Positions 10,159 through 23,773 are shown, counted from the first letter of the stretch. The stretch is 64,000 bases of DNA from Heptranchias perlo (GCF_035084215.1 NC_090331.1:72416001-72480000); one strand, 5' to 3'. Notes: a model not told the origin generated them from the letters alone. Made by a program: numbers and translations.

Positions 10159-11937
10159 CTAGAAGTCCCTCATGCGCCTGAATGATCCGATAGTTGATCT
10201 GTAGCCACCCCAGTCACTGAATCTCCTGTATTCACCGGGTCTCATGAAGTACTGTCGGCCTCTATAGTTGGGATGTTCATAGAAGGTCCAGTAACCGTCC
10301 ATCACATGGCAGGAGTGAATGTCACGGTAGCGGAAACAATCGTAGACAGATGGACAGTCATCCATGAATTCCATCATCTGTCCTCCAAAGTCAGGCCTCT
10401 CGTAAATCCTCATTCTGTAGTTTCCACCTCTGTACTGTAATATAAAAAGATCATATTAGTGAAGAAACTATAAATGTTCAGTGTCTAGAAAGACAGCCTC
10501 CTGGTGAGAAGGGAGCTTAAGAAAGGTTGCAGATGATGTTTCTGAAAAGCAAGAGACCGTTCAGTGACATCTATTGAAGCAGCAGATTCTCTCCTAACTG
10601 AAGTCACCAAGCAGCTCTTGTGTAAATGATAAGATAAGATGCCTAAGTTCTGAGTCTCACTGCAGGTGGTGTTTTTACATTCCAAACTTCCAATCAAACA
10701 ATTAGGCATTCAATTCTAATTGGTTAATTATTGTGAACTAATTCATCCAATTATATTCCCGTTTTTTATTGAAACTTTAGACTGTTGCACAGATCACATG
10801 TTACCCAGTTTTTTTTATATTGGTTCATAGATATAGGCATCGTTGGCAAGGCCAGCATTTATTAACAATCCCTAATTGCCCTTGAGAAGGTAGTGGTGAG
10901 CCGCCTTCTCAAAACGCTGCAATCCGTGTGGTGAAGGTTCTCTCACAGTGCTGTTATGAATGTTACTTGCCACTGAATAGCCCCAACCTGGATGTTGTCC
11001 AGTCCTTGCTGCATGCGGGCTCGGACTGCATCATTATCTGAGGGGTTGCAAATGGAACTGAACACTGTGCAATCATCAGCGAACATCACCATTTCTGACC
11101 TTATGGTTGAGGGAAGGTCACTGATGAAGCAGTTGAAGATGGTTGGGCGCACGACACTGCCCTGAGGAACTCATGCAACAATGACCTGGGGCTGAGATGA
11201 TAAGCCTCCAACAACCACTACTATCTTCTTTTGTGCCAGGCATGACTCCAGCCACTGCAGAATTTTCCCCTGATTCCCATTGACTTCTATTTTACTCGGG
11301 CTCCTTGGTGCCACGCTCGGTTAAATGCTGCCTTGATGTCAAGGGCTATCATCACCTCTGGAATTCAGCTCTTTTAAGTTTGCATAATTATGCTCTTAAG
11401 AACCAAGCTGTGTATCTTTATTATTATAAGAAATATCAGGTCATTTAGATATAACACGCACAAAGCTTTACTACATGTGAAAAAAGCTGAAGTGTTTTCC
11501 CAGTTGACATTGACAAACTCAATTGCTCAGCAAGTTGTCATTAACTTGTCCTCAATCTGGGTAAAATATACAAACCATCAAAGGTAACTTACATATGGGT
11601 AGGTGCGACATGACCCGATGCTGTCATTGAATCCCATCCAGCGCTGGTAGTCAGGATATTCTCCCCTGCTCAGAACATACTGGTATCCCATGTAATTGGG
11701 TCTCTCATACAGCACCCACCAGTCACTCTCAACACGGATGGAGTTGCAGCGGCTGAAGTAAGAGGACAGGTCAGCATAGTCAGTACTGCACTCGTAGTGC
11801 CGACCCTGGAAGTTCCTGTCTTCATAAAAGATGATCTGTGGAAAGATGTAGATTTGCAAATTAATATTTTCTCAAACTAGGAGATTGAAGAGTTATAATA
11901 CAAAGTATAAAATCTGAGTTCTCCTTGCCTTTCCCAT
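10159..11937 (-). CDS. cryg: Gamma-crystallin gene 2 (type B), 175 aa; exons 11929-11937, 11593-11835, 10159-10434
   Basis: Classic gamma-crystallin 9/243/276-nt coding exon layout with phase-0 introns. Exon 3 acceptor is ttacag|TAC AGA GGT. Four Greek-key motifs and no in-frame stops. Resembles chondrichthyan gamma-crystallin S-1-like proteins (from recall, not searched). Confidence 0.95.
10809..11369 (-). mobile_element. LINE fragment (RT piece plus A-rich 3' end, internally deleted) in intron 2 of gene 2
   Basis: Minus strand encodes ..[26 protein letters not shown]. The plus strand starts with a T run followed by ggcaaggccagcatttatt, a LINE/SINE-type 3' end. Absent from the type-A intron. 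Confidence 0.85.
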
Positions 11938-11996
11938 TTTGAGCTCACAGTTAGATTAGTAACTGACTGAATGTTTCACTGCTTCACACAGCTTGG

Positions 11997-12076
11997 TATT
12001 TATCTGCTGGGCAGAAAGGCCACTCTGGGCTGTATCTTTGTTATTCTAATGATTCAGGATTGAAAATCAGCAAAAA
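11997..12076 (-). promoter_or_regulatory. Gene 2 proximal promoter with TATA box changed to GATAAATA
   Basis: Aligns with the gene 1 promoter. Plus strand reads tatttatc at 11997-12004. SOX-like and half-MARE motifs retained. Confidence 0.65.
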
Positions 12077-12463
12077 GCAACAAAGCACATGTTGCATTCA
12101 TTGTAGAAAAACACCTGAAAGATGCCTGATATGTCATTTATTCTTTCCTCTTTGCCTTCCTGTCATTTTAATTGTTGCTGAACAAAGCAGTTCTGGAACA
12201 AGCTCAGATCCAAAGTGACCCAGGTCTCTTTCAAATAGTTTGATGTAACTGCCTGGTTCTGCTCCCAAACTGGCCGAGATAAAGACAAACGTATCCAGAG
12301 CATGTTCCTTCGTTTATTGCCTTGTACACATCTGATTGATGTATAATTGCGAGTGAGTTTAGTTTCCAGATTGCGCCACTGCCCCCTCCCAAAAACCTTC
12401 AGACAATGATATCACAGCCAGCACCAATCTGATGATATTATTACCTTCATGTGCAGCCATATT

Positions 12464-13284
12464 AATACAAACATACGAATTAAGAGCAGGATTAGGCCAT
12501 TCGGCCTCTCGAGCCTGCTCTGCCATTTGATAAGATCATGGCTGATCTGATTGCGACCTCAACACTAATTTCCTATCTACCTACTATAACCTTTGACACC
12601 CTTCTTCATCAGGAATCCATCCAACTCAGCCTTAAAAATATTCAATGACCCTGCCTCCACCGCTCTCTGAGGAAGGGAGTCCCACAGACTCATTACCCTC
12701 TGCGAGATAAAAATTCTCCTCATCTCTGTCTTAAATGGGAGACCCCTTATCTTTAAACGGTGGCCCCGAGTTCGAGTCTCTCCCACAAGGGGATACATCC
12801 TCTCAGCTTCTGCCCCTTCTGCTCCCCTCAGGATCTTACATGTTTCAATATGACCACCTCTCATTCTTCTAAACTCCAGTCTATACAGGCCCAACTTGTC
12901 CAACCTTTCCTCATAAACATAAGATAACCCCCTCATCCCAGGAATCTGTTGAGTGAACCTTCTCTGAACCGCCACTAAAGCAATTATGTCCTTTCTTAAA
13001 TAAGGAGACCAAAACTGCACAAGGTATTCTAGATGTGGTCTCACCAATGCCCTGTACAACTGTAGCAAAACATCTCTACTTTTATATTCCATTCCCCTTG
13101 CAATAAATGACAATATTCCATTTGCCTTCCTGATCACTTGCTGCACCTGCATACTCACTTTGAGATTCATGTACTTGGACACCCAGATCCCTCTGCACCT
13201 CAGAGTTCTGCAATCTCTCTCCATTTAAATAATATACTGCTTTTCTATTCCTCCTGCCAAAGTGGACAAGTTCACCTTTTCCCA
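12464..13284 (-). mobile_element. 5'-truncated CR1 (~0.82 kb) upstream of type-B promoter, gene 2
   Basis: ORF2 C-terminus (RPHLEY..QFWSPYLRKD). CATATT duplicated at 12458-12463 and 13285-13290. Absent from type-A flanks, which have a single catatt (~1399, ~54946). Confidence 0.92.
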
Positions 13285-13556
13285 CATATTGTGGGTGGTG
13301 TTTTTAATACAAATTACAGATCATACTTTGTATATTTGGTTTACACAGTTTCTTGAAAAGAAACTTCCTGTCTCCTTTTTATTTTAACGTTCAGGACAAC
13401 AAATAGGAAAATTCAAATAAGTAAGAGAACAATAGAAAGTTATGATGTGGAAAACAACGTCAGAGATTGAAAGTAGCTTTCAGCTTTGTTTGTCCCGACG
13501 GCAAAGTGTTAAAGACCAGATAGGTCTCCTTGGAGATAACTTGGAAAAAAGGATGT

Positions 13557-13797
13557 GAGATCACTGTACTTTCCCAGAGATCACTGTGCTTTTCCATAGA
13601 TCACTGTACTTTCCGAGATAACACTATGCTTCTGCATTGACCGTTTTAATCTCGATGGGATCATTCGACTTTCCCAGAGAACACAATACTTTCCCAGAGA
13701 ACACTGTATTTTTCCAGAGATCGCTGTGAACTCCCAGAGATCACTATACTCTCCCAGAGATGGCTGTAGTTTCCCAGAGAACACTGTAATTTCCCAC
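13557..13797. repeat. 20-bp minisatellite, ~12 units
   Basis: Same consensus as 1673-1937. Confidence 0.9.
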
Positions 13798-14907
13798 TGC
13801 CTTTTCCTGTTAATTGAGGAGTGATCCAGTTCGATTTTGAGCTCCCTCAAAGCAGCACAACTTGGGTTGGGAACAAGGTTGTGCAGAGGATTGTAGCTGT
13901 GATACTTTGGCCCCAAACCTTTGCTGGATTTGACCCATAAATCTTGAAGCTTTTATAACGGGGGGAAAGTAGACCAATGATTAAAAACAGATAAGAAACA
14001 TTAATCATTGATCATTGTTAATGTCACTGACCCGAGGAATGTCACTTCCACACAGAATATCAATTATGTATTTTAATAAAAATATTATTGAGGTTGCATT
14101 CCAAAAAGGAACCAGTTGCAGAGTTGTGATTGATTTGGTAAATCGTGCAAATGTGCACCTTACCTGACTGAGTGCAATAACAGAACCTCCTGTGATTCAT
14201 AAATTTGTATTTTACCAAACGAGCAACCTTTGTACTCGGGGTAGTTGAGAAGCAGCTCTGTCAGTTACATCACTACATTTTTAAAATAAATCGTGGAATA
14301 AACAAAATACTGAGGGTGGAATTGACTTTCTGCACCTGATAAGTAAAAATAAAGAATACATGAAGTGAAATTCGTTATCTAGATTTTTAATATCGTAAAA
14401 TGTTAATGCACGACAGACTCATGATGTGACCAATTGTATATACTCTGCTGTGTGTTAAACCATGTTCTATGTATTAATGGCAATAAGTGGTTTCTGAAAA
14501 CATACGAACATACAAAAATGAAGGGTAGGAAAAGGCCAGCAGGTCCATCAAGGCTGCCCCACATGCATGATGGCTGGAGCATCACAACTGGACCTATCCT
14601 ACCTCCCCAAAGCCATGTTATCTCCTGCTATCTCCATCAATCCACTGTGAGACCACAACTTGTCCTTCACAGTGGAGAAGAGCTCAGTGATCCAAACCTT
14701 CTCATTATTTTCACTGCCTGCTCTCTCAGGTTTCAGGGCTGGTCTCCCAGGCGATGTCGGAGCAGAGTGCACTTCAATCAAATCGACTCTCCATTAGAAG
14801 TGTCATTTTCCTGACTGCAAGATAGCCAGGATTTCGTTAAAAATCCTTCTTGCAGCCCATCCTAGAAGTACCCTGGAAATATTATTCCTCCTTGGTTTTG
14901 ACTTGTA

Positions 14908-17900
14908 TAAAATCTAGTTTAAAATCTTTTAAAATCTAGTGTTAATTGCTATTAACTGTTAAGTATGATCGACTGTTTCAGTTCAATTTTAAACTTTAAA
15001 TTTTTAAGTTTGTCAGGCTGAAGCAGAGACAAACTGGAGAGCTGCTGTCGTTCGTTAAATGGTTCGCTGGATTAAACTGGTTCCTGAAAGAGTCGCAGAG
15101 CAGGGCTGACTCATCTGAGTCACAAACAGTGGAAATAACAGGGGCCCGTGAGTGCAACGGCACTGAGTGCAGTGGGGACGGAGTGAACAACTTGAGAGTT
15201 TGGGAAGTGTGGGAGTTCGGTGAAGTGGGGGAAGGAGGTGCTGCTTTGCCTTGCTTTTCCTAACTTTTCCACAGAGCAGCGGAAGACCTGAGCAGCAGCA
15301 GACTGAGAACGGGATAGAAGCAGCAGCATAAGAACCATATGAACATCAGAGATAGGAGAAGGAGTAGGCCATTCGGCCCCTCGAGCCTGCTCCGCCATTT
15401 AATGAGATCATGGCTGATCTGATTTTTACCTCAACTCCACCTTCCTGCACTTTCCCCATATCCTTGACTACCTTGCCGATCAAAAATTTGTCTAACTCAA
15501 CCTTGATTGTGTTCAATGATTCAGCCTCCACAGCTTTTTGGAGTGACCCCTTATTCTGAGATTATGAAACCCAAGTTTTAGATTCCCCCATAAGGGATAA
15601 CATCCTCTCAGCATCTACACTATCGAGTCCCCTCAGAATCTTGTATGTTTCAATAAGATCTCCTCTCATTCTTCCAAACTCCAATGAGTATACACCCAAC
15701 CTGTTCAATCTTTCCTCATAAGACAACCCTTCCATACCCGGAATCAACCTCGTGAACCTTCTTTGAACTGCCTCCAATGCAAGGATATCCTTCCAGTACT
15801 CCAGGTGTGGCCTCACCAGCACCCTGTACAGTTGTAGAATGACTTCCCTGCTTTTATACTCCATCCCCCTGGAAATAAAGGCAACTATTCCGTTTGCCTT
15901 CCGGATTACCTGCTGCACCTGTATGTTGACTTTTTGTGTTTCATGTACGAGGACACCCAGATCCCTCTGTACCGCAGCATTTTGTAGTATTTCTCCATTC
16001 AAATAATATTTTGCTTTTTTATTTTTCCTCCCAAAGTGGATGACTTCACATTTTCCCACATTATATTCCATCTGCCAAATTTCTGCCCATTCGCGTAACC
16101 TGTCAGTATCCCTTTGCAGACACTTTGTGTCCTCATCGCAACTTGCTTTTCCACCTATCTTTGTATCATCAGCAAATTTGGTCACATGACACTCTGTTCC
16201 TTCATCCAAGTCATTGATATATATTGTAAATAGTTGAGGCCTCAGCACTGATCCCTGCGGCACCTCAATAGTTCCAGATAACCATTTTGAAAATGACCCT
16301 TTTATTCCGACTCTTTGTTTTCTGTTAGCTAGCCAGTCTTCCATCCATGCCAGTAAATTTCCCCCAACACCATGAGCTCCTATCTTGTGCAGTAATCTTT
16401 GATGTGGCACCTTATCGAATGCCTTTAGGAAATCCAAATATACTGCATCCATTGGTTCCCCTTTATCCACCCTGCCCGTTACATCCTCAAAGAACTCCAA
16501 TAAATTTGTCAGACATGATTTCCCCTTCATAAAACCATGTTGACTCTCCTTGATTGTATTATGAGTCTCCAAATGTCCTGCTACTACTTCCTTAATCATG
16601 GATTCTCGCATGTTCCCAATGACAGATGTTAGGCTAAGTGGTCTGTAGTTACCTGCTTTCTGTCTCACTCCCTTCTTGAATAGGGGTGTTACATTTGCGG
16701 TTTTCCAATCCGCTGGGACCTTTCCAGAATCTAGTGAATTCTGGAAGATGACAACCAATGCATCCACTATCTCTGTAGCCACTTCCTTTAAGACCCTTGG
16801 ATGCAAGCCATAAGGTCCAGGGGACTTGTCAGCCTTTAGACTCATTAGTTTCCCTAGTACTTTTTCTCTCGTGATAGTGATTGTTTTTAGATCCTCCCCC
16901 CACTTTGCCCCTTGATTTTCTACAATTATTGTGATGTTATTAGTGTCTTCTACTCTGAAGACAGATACAAACTATCTGTTCAATTCCTATGCCATTTCCT
17001 TGTTTTCCATTATTATTTCCCCAGTCTCATCCTCTAATGGACCAATATTTACTTGAGCTACCCTCTTCCTTTTTATATACTTGTCGAAGCTTATTTTTTT
17101 CAGCAGACCTGCAATCAGAGAAAACTGCAGTGTGACGTCACAGGTGAGGCAGGTAAGTGATTGGTAGTGACTGTGGGCTAAGTTTTGAGTTAACATATAG
17201 CATATAACTAAATTTTAAAAACTAAACTTAATTGAATTAATCTAATAAATTAAACAAGGAAAATAATTTGTTGAACTCTAAATTAATGAAATAAATAAAA
17301 TAATGGGAGAACAAGAGATGTGATGCTGCTGCAATATGTGGGAGCTTATGGACCTTTTTGTCCAGGGTGACTACATCTGCAGTAAGTGTCTGCGGATCGA
17401 GGAATTTTGGCCTCGAGTTGAGGAGCTGGAGTTCGAGCTGCGGATGTTGTGAGACATCAGGGAGGGAGAAAGCGACCTGGACCTTTTGCTCCAGGAGGCA
17501 GTCACACCCCTTAGATTAGATACTTTAGAACTGACACGTGGTCAGGGACAGGAGGGTGTGACTGTGAGTGAGGCAGGTTCGGGGGTCCAGGAGGTCGTAT
17601 TGCAGGATCCTCAGTCCCTGCGCTTGTCCAATGGATTTGAGGTTCTTGCAACCCTTGTGGACAAGCGTGGGACTGCGTGGAGGACGAGCAAACTGACCAC
17701 GGCATCGAGGTGCACAAAGCCGTTCAAGTGGGGGGAGTAAAAAGGAAGGTGGTTGCAGTAGGAGACAGTATAGTTAGGGGGATAGACACTGTTCTCTGCA
17801 GCCAGGAGCATGAGTCCCGAAGTCTATGTTGCCAACCCGGTGCCAGGGTTAAGGTTATCTCCTACGGGCTGGAGAAGAACTTGGAGTGGAAGGGGGAGGA

Positions 17901-20900
17901 CCTTGTTGTCGTGGTCCATATTGGTGCCAATGACATTGGTTGGACTAAGAAAAAGGTTCTACTGAGAGAGTTTGAGCAGCTAGGGACTAAATTAAAAAGC
18001 AGAACTACAAAGGTAATAATCTCTGGATTGTTACCTGAGCCACGAGCAAATTGGCATAAGGTCAATAAGATCAGAGGGATGAATGCGTGGCTCAAAGATT
18101 GGTGTGGGAGAAGTGGGTTTCGATTCATGGGGCACTGGCACCAGTACTGGGGAAAGAGAGAGCTGTTCCATTGGGTCAGACTACACCTGAACCATGCTGG
18201 GACCAGAGTTCTATCAAATCAAATAACTGGGGAGGTAGATAGGGCTTTAAACTAAATAAGGGGCGGAGGAAGGGTCCCGCTGGAGAGAAATCTAGAATGT
18301 CAAAGAGAAAAGACAAGGAAGCAGTGCAGGAAAGTGATTGGGGTAAGGATAACCAGATTGTGTCAGGAAGGGACAGACCGTACAAACAAAAGAGTGCACT
18401 AACAAATAGAGTCCGGGTAAGAAAAATGGTAATAAGACTAATGGGGCTAGAGTACATAAAAATGTAAAGATGTCTAAAAATGTTAAAAAGACAAATCCAA
18501 AGGCACTGTATCTGAATGCACGAAGCATTCGTAATAAAGTTGATGAATTAACAGCACAAATAGATGTAAACGGATATGATATAATTGCAATTACAGAGAC
18601 TTGGCTGCAGGGTGTCCAAGGCTGGAAGCTTAATATCCAAGGGTATTCGATATTTAGGAAGGACAGGCAAAAAGGAAAAGGAGGTGGGATGGCATTGTTA
18701 GTAAAGGATGAGATCAGAGCAACAGTGAGAAAGGATAATGGCTCAGAAAATCAAGATGTAGAATCAGTCTGGGTGGAGTTATGAAGCAACAAGGGGCAGA
18801 AAACACTGGTGGGAGTAGTCTATAGGCCTCCAAACAGTAATAGTAATGTAGGGCATCAAACAGGAAATTAGAGGCGCATGTAACGAGGGTACTCGAGTAA
18901 TCATGGGTGACTTTAATCTACATACAGACTGGCCAAACCAAATGAATTCCTGGAGTGTGTACGAGATGATTTTTTAGACCAGTACATTGAGGAGCCAACC
19001 AGGGAACAGGCTATCCTAGATTGGGTATTGTGCAATGAGAAGGGATTAATAAATAATCTTGTTGTGCGGGTACTTAGGGGAAGATTGACCTTAACATGAT
19101 AGAAGTCTTCATTAAGATGGAAAGTGAAGTAGTCCAATCTGAAACTGGGGTCCTAAATCTAAAGAAAGGAAACTATGAAGGTATGAGGAGTGAGTTGGCT
19201 CTGATAGATTGGGAAGCTTCATTAAAAGGCATGATGGTGGATAGGCAATGGCTCACATTTAAGGAACGAATGCATGAATTGCAACAATTATACATTCCTT
19301 TCTGGTGCAAAAACACAAAAGGAAAAGCGGCCCAACCATGGCTAACAATAGAAATTAAAGATAGTGCTAGATCCAATGAGGAGTCATATAAAGTTGCCAG
19401 AAAAAGCAGCAAGCCTGAGGATTGGGAGCAGTTTAGAATTCAGCAAATAAGGGACAAGGGATTGATTAAGAGGGGAAAAATAGAGTACGAGAGTGAACTT
19501 GCAATGAACATGAAAGTAGACTGTACAAGCTTCTACAAGTATGTAAAAAGAGAAAGATTAGTGAAGGCAAAGGTAGGTCCCTTACGGTCAGAAACGGGAG
19601 AATTTATAATGGGGAACAGGGAAATGGCAGAGCAATTAAACAAATACTTTGGTTCTGTCTTCACAGAAGACGACACAGAAAACTTCCCAGAAATGCTCGA
19701 GGACCAAAGGACGAGTGAGAAGGAGGAATTAAAGGAAATTAGTATTCGTAAAAACATAGTGCTGGGGAAATTAATGGGACTGAAAGTCGATAAATCCCCA
19801 GGGCCGAATAAACTGCATTCCAGAGCACTAAAAGAGGTAGCCATGGAAATAGTGGATGCATTAGTTGTCATCGTCCTAAATTCTATAGATTATGGAACAG
19901 TTCCTGCACGTTGGAGGATGGCAAATGGAAACCCACTATTTCAAAAAGAAGGGAGAGAGAAATCAGGGAACGACAGATCGGTTAGCCTAACATCAATAGC
20001 AGGGAAATTGCTAGAGTCTTTGATGAAGGATGTGTTAACAGGACCCTTAGAAAAAATAAACGGAATTAGACAAAGTCAACATGGATTTATTAAAGGGAAA
20101 GCATTTTTGACAAACCTACAAGAGTTTTTTGAGGATGAAACTGGTACAATAGATAAGGGAGAACCAGTGGATGTGGTTTATTTGGATTTTCAGAAGGCCT
20201 TTGATAAAGTCCCACATAAGAGGTTAGTGGGCAAAATTAAAGCACAGGGAATTGGTTATAATATACTGGCATGGATTGAAAATTGGTTAACAGACAGGAA
20301 AGAGAGTCGGAATAAATGGGTCTTTTTCGGGGTGGCAGGCAGTGACTAATGGGGTACCTCAGGGATCAGTGCTCGGGCCCCAGATATTCACAATATATAT
20401 CAATGATTTGGATGAGGGAAGCAAATATAATATTTCAAAGTTTGCTGACGACACAAAACTCGGTGGGATTGTCAGTTGTGAGGAGGATGCAAAGAGGCTT
20501 CAAGGCAATTTAAACAAGTTGAGCGAGTGGGCAAAGTATAATGTGGAAAAATGTGAAGTTATCCACTTCGGAAGGAAAAACAGAAAGGCAGAGTATTATT
20601 TCAATGGTGATAGATTGGGAAATGGTTGATGCACAAAGGAACCTGGGTGTCCTTGTACACCAGTCACTGAAAGCAAACATGCAGTTGCAGCAAGCAGTTA
20701 GGAAGGCAAATGGTATGTTGGCCTTCATTGCAAGAGGATTTAAATACAGGAGCAAGGATGTCTTACTGCAGTTATACAGGGCCTTGATGAGACCACACCT
20801 AGAGTATAGTGTGCAGTTTTGGTCTCCTTACTTAAGAAAGGATCTACTTGCCATGGAGGGAGTGCAGCAAAAGTTCACCAGACTGATTCCTGGGATGGCA

Positions 20901-21355
20901 GAACTGTCATATGAGGAGAGATTGGGTCGACTCGGCCTGTATTCACTCGAGTTTAGAGTGAGAGCGGATCTCATTGAAACGTATAAATTTCTGATAGGGC
21001 GAGACAGACTGGACGCAGGGAGGATGTTTCCCCTGGCTGTGGGATCCAGAACGAGGGGTCACAGTCTCAGGATACGGGGTAGGACATTTAGGACTGAGAT
21101 GAGGAGAAATTTCTTCACTCAGAGGGTGGTGAACCTGTGGAATTCTCTACGACAGAAGACTGTGCAGGCCAAGTCACTGAATATATTTAAGAAGGAGCGA
21201 GATAGATTTCTAGATGCAAAAGGCATCAAGGGGTATGGAGAGAGAGCGGGAATATGGTATTGAAGTAGAGGATCAGCCATGATCATATTGAATGGCAGAG
21301 CAGGCTCGAACGACCGAATGGCCTACTCCTGCTCCTTTTTCTATGTTTCTATGTT
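14908..21355 (+). mobile_element. CR1 LINE composite, copy 2
   Basis: Same junctions and shared disablements as copy 1. (TTCTATGT)n tail. Confidence 0.93.
15327..17100 (-). mobile_element. Nested antisense CR1, copy 2
   Basis: 427-aa RT ORF at 15562-16845 with FADD. Perfect CAGCAG duplication at 15321-15326 and 17101-17106. Confidence 0.92.
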
Positions 21356-21994
21356 AACCGACTTACATTGAGAACCATGAGCGTGTGTACAGTTACAGCA
21401 TTGAATCAAATGAGATTTTTCATGTACACCTGAGCAATATATCCACTTCTTCACTGAAAGTGGTGAACATTGGAAATGGATTTCACTATAATATTGTTTT
21501 CTGATGTGATTTTCAATGTTTGTACTTTAAAAAGCAGTTACATTCTCTTGGAGTTGAGGACGAGAGTGAAGCTGGACTAAATGCTGTGGATATTTTTACT
21601 TTAAAAGTGCCTGATTCTTATTCCAGGTTTCCTTTAGTCAACTGAGATGATATAGAAATGAGAACCTTGGATATCATTCATGGGACAAGCAGCCCTCATT
21701 CATAGTGACTTACATTTTGATGCTCACTTTCATGAAGTCCGTGCATTGTATTGTCAGTCTCATGGACAACGTTCATTCTTAAATCTGCATTTACTGAATT
21801 GAAATCAATTCATTAGCTGAGATCAAAGAGGTACAATACTCGGCATGAGACACCAGCCTGAGATTTCCATGAGATTTCTCTGTGATTTCCACCATTATCC
21901 AAATATAAATGACAAACTTGTTTGTTAAGTAGAGGAGATTTTATTAATCTTAAGACCATTTCAGAGAGACAAAATCATGTTTCTCAAGAACAAT

Positions 21995-23773
21995 CTAGAA
22001 GTCCCTCATGCGCCTGAAAGATCCGATAGTTGAGCTGTAGCCACCCCAGTCACTGAATCTCCTGTATTCACCGGGTCTCATGAAGTACTGTCGGCCTCTG
22101 TAGTTGGGATGTTCATAGAAGGTCCAGTAACCGTCCATCACATGGCAGGAGTGAATGTCACGGTAGCGGAAACAATCGTAGACAGATGGACAGTCATCCA
22201 TGAATTCCATCATCTGTCCTCCAAAGTCAGGCCTCTCGTAAATCCTCATTCTGTAGTTTCCACCTCTGTACTGTAATATAAAAAGATCATATTAGTGAAG
22301 AAACTATAAATGTTCAGTGTCTAGAAAGACAGCCTCCTGGTGAGAAGGGAGCTTAAGAAAGGTTGCAGATGATGTTTCTGAAAAGCAAGAGACCGTTCAG
22401 TGACATCTATTGAAGCAGCAGATTCTCTCCTAACTGAAGTCACCAAGCAGCTCTTGTGTAAATGATAAGATAAGATGCCTAAGTTCTGAGTCTCCCTGTA
22501 GGTGGTGTTTTTACATTCCAAACTTCCAATCAAACAATTAGGCATTCAATTCTAATTGGTTAATTATTGTGAACTAATTCATCCAATTATATTCCCGTTT
22601 TTTATTGAAACTTTAGACTGTTGCACAGATCACATGTTACCCAGTTTTTTTTATATTGGTTCATAGATATAGGCATCGTTGGCAAGGCCAGCATTTATTA
22701 ACAATCCCTAATTGCCCTTGAGAAGGTAGTGGTGAGCCGCCTTCTCAAAACGCTGCAATCCGTGTGGTGAAGGTTCTCTCACAGTGCTGTTATGAATGTT
22801 ACTTGCCACTGAACAGCCCCAACCTGGATGTTGTCCAGTCCTTGCTGCATGCGGGCTCGGACTGCATCATTATCTGAGGGGTTGCAAATGGAACTGAACA
22901 CTGTGCAATCATCAGCGAACATCACCAATTCTGACCTTATGATTGAGGGAAGGTCACTGATGAAGCAGTTGAAGATGGTTGGGCCCACGACACTGCCCTG
23001 AGGAACTCATGCAACAATGACCTGGGGCTGAGATGATAAGCCTCCAACAACCACTACCATCTTCTTTTGTGCCAGGCATGACTCCAGCCACTGCAGAGTT
23101 TTCCCCTGATTCCCATTGACTTCAATTTTACTCGGGCTCCTTGGTGCCACGCTCGGTTAAATGCTGCCTTGATGTCAAGGGCCATCATCACCTCTGGAAT
23201 TCAGCTCTTTTAAGTTTGCATAATTATGCTCTTAAGAACCAAGCTGTGTATCTTTATTATTATAAGAAATATCAGGTCATTTAGATATAACACGCACAAA
23301 GCTTTACAACGTGTGAAAAAAGCTGAAGTGTTTTCCCAGTTGACATTGACAAACTCAATTGCTCAGCAAGTTGTCATTAACTTGTCCTCAATCTGGGTAA
23401 AATATACAAACCATCAAAGGTAACTTACGTATGGGTAGGTGCGACATGACCCGATGCTGTCATTGAATCCCATCCAGCGCTGGTAGTCAGGATATTCTCC
23501 TCTGCTCAGAACATACTGGTATCCCATGTAATTGGGTCTCTCATACAGCACCCACCAGTCACTCTCAACACGGATGGAGTTGCAGCGGCTGAAGTAAGAG
23601 GACAGGTCAGCATAGTCAGTACTGCACTCGTAGTGCCGACCCTGGAAGTTCCTGTCTTCATAAAAGATGATCTGTGGAAAGATATAGATTTGCAAATTAA
23701 TATTTTCTCAAACTAGGAGATTGAAGAGTTATAATACAAAGTATAAAATCTGAGTTCTCCTTGCCTTTCCCAT
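21995..23773 (-). CDS. cryg: Gamma-crystallin gene 3 (type B), 175 aa; exons 23765-23773, 23429-23671, 21995-22270
   Basis: Same structure as gene 2 at offset 11836. The protein differs from gene 2 only by R163S. Confidence 0.95.
22645..23205 (-). mobile_element. Intron 2 LINE fragment, gene 3
   Basis: Copy of 10809-11369. Confidence 0.85.

Noticed and set aside
10159-11937. Crystallin copies generated by LINE retrotransposition or 3' transduction
   Set aside because: Every copy keeps both introns, the promoter and identical TE junctions, with no poly(A) or TSD around the units. This indicates DNA-level duplication.
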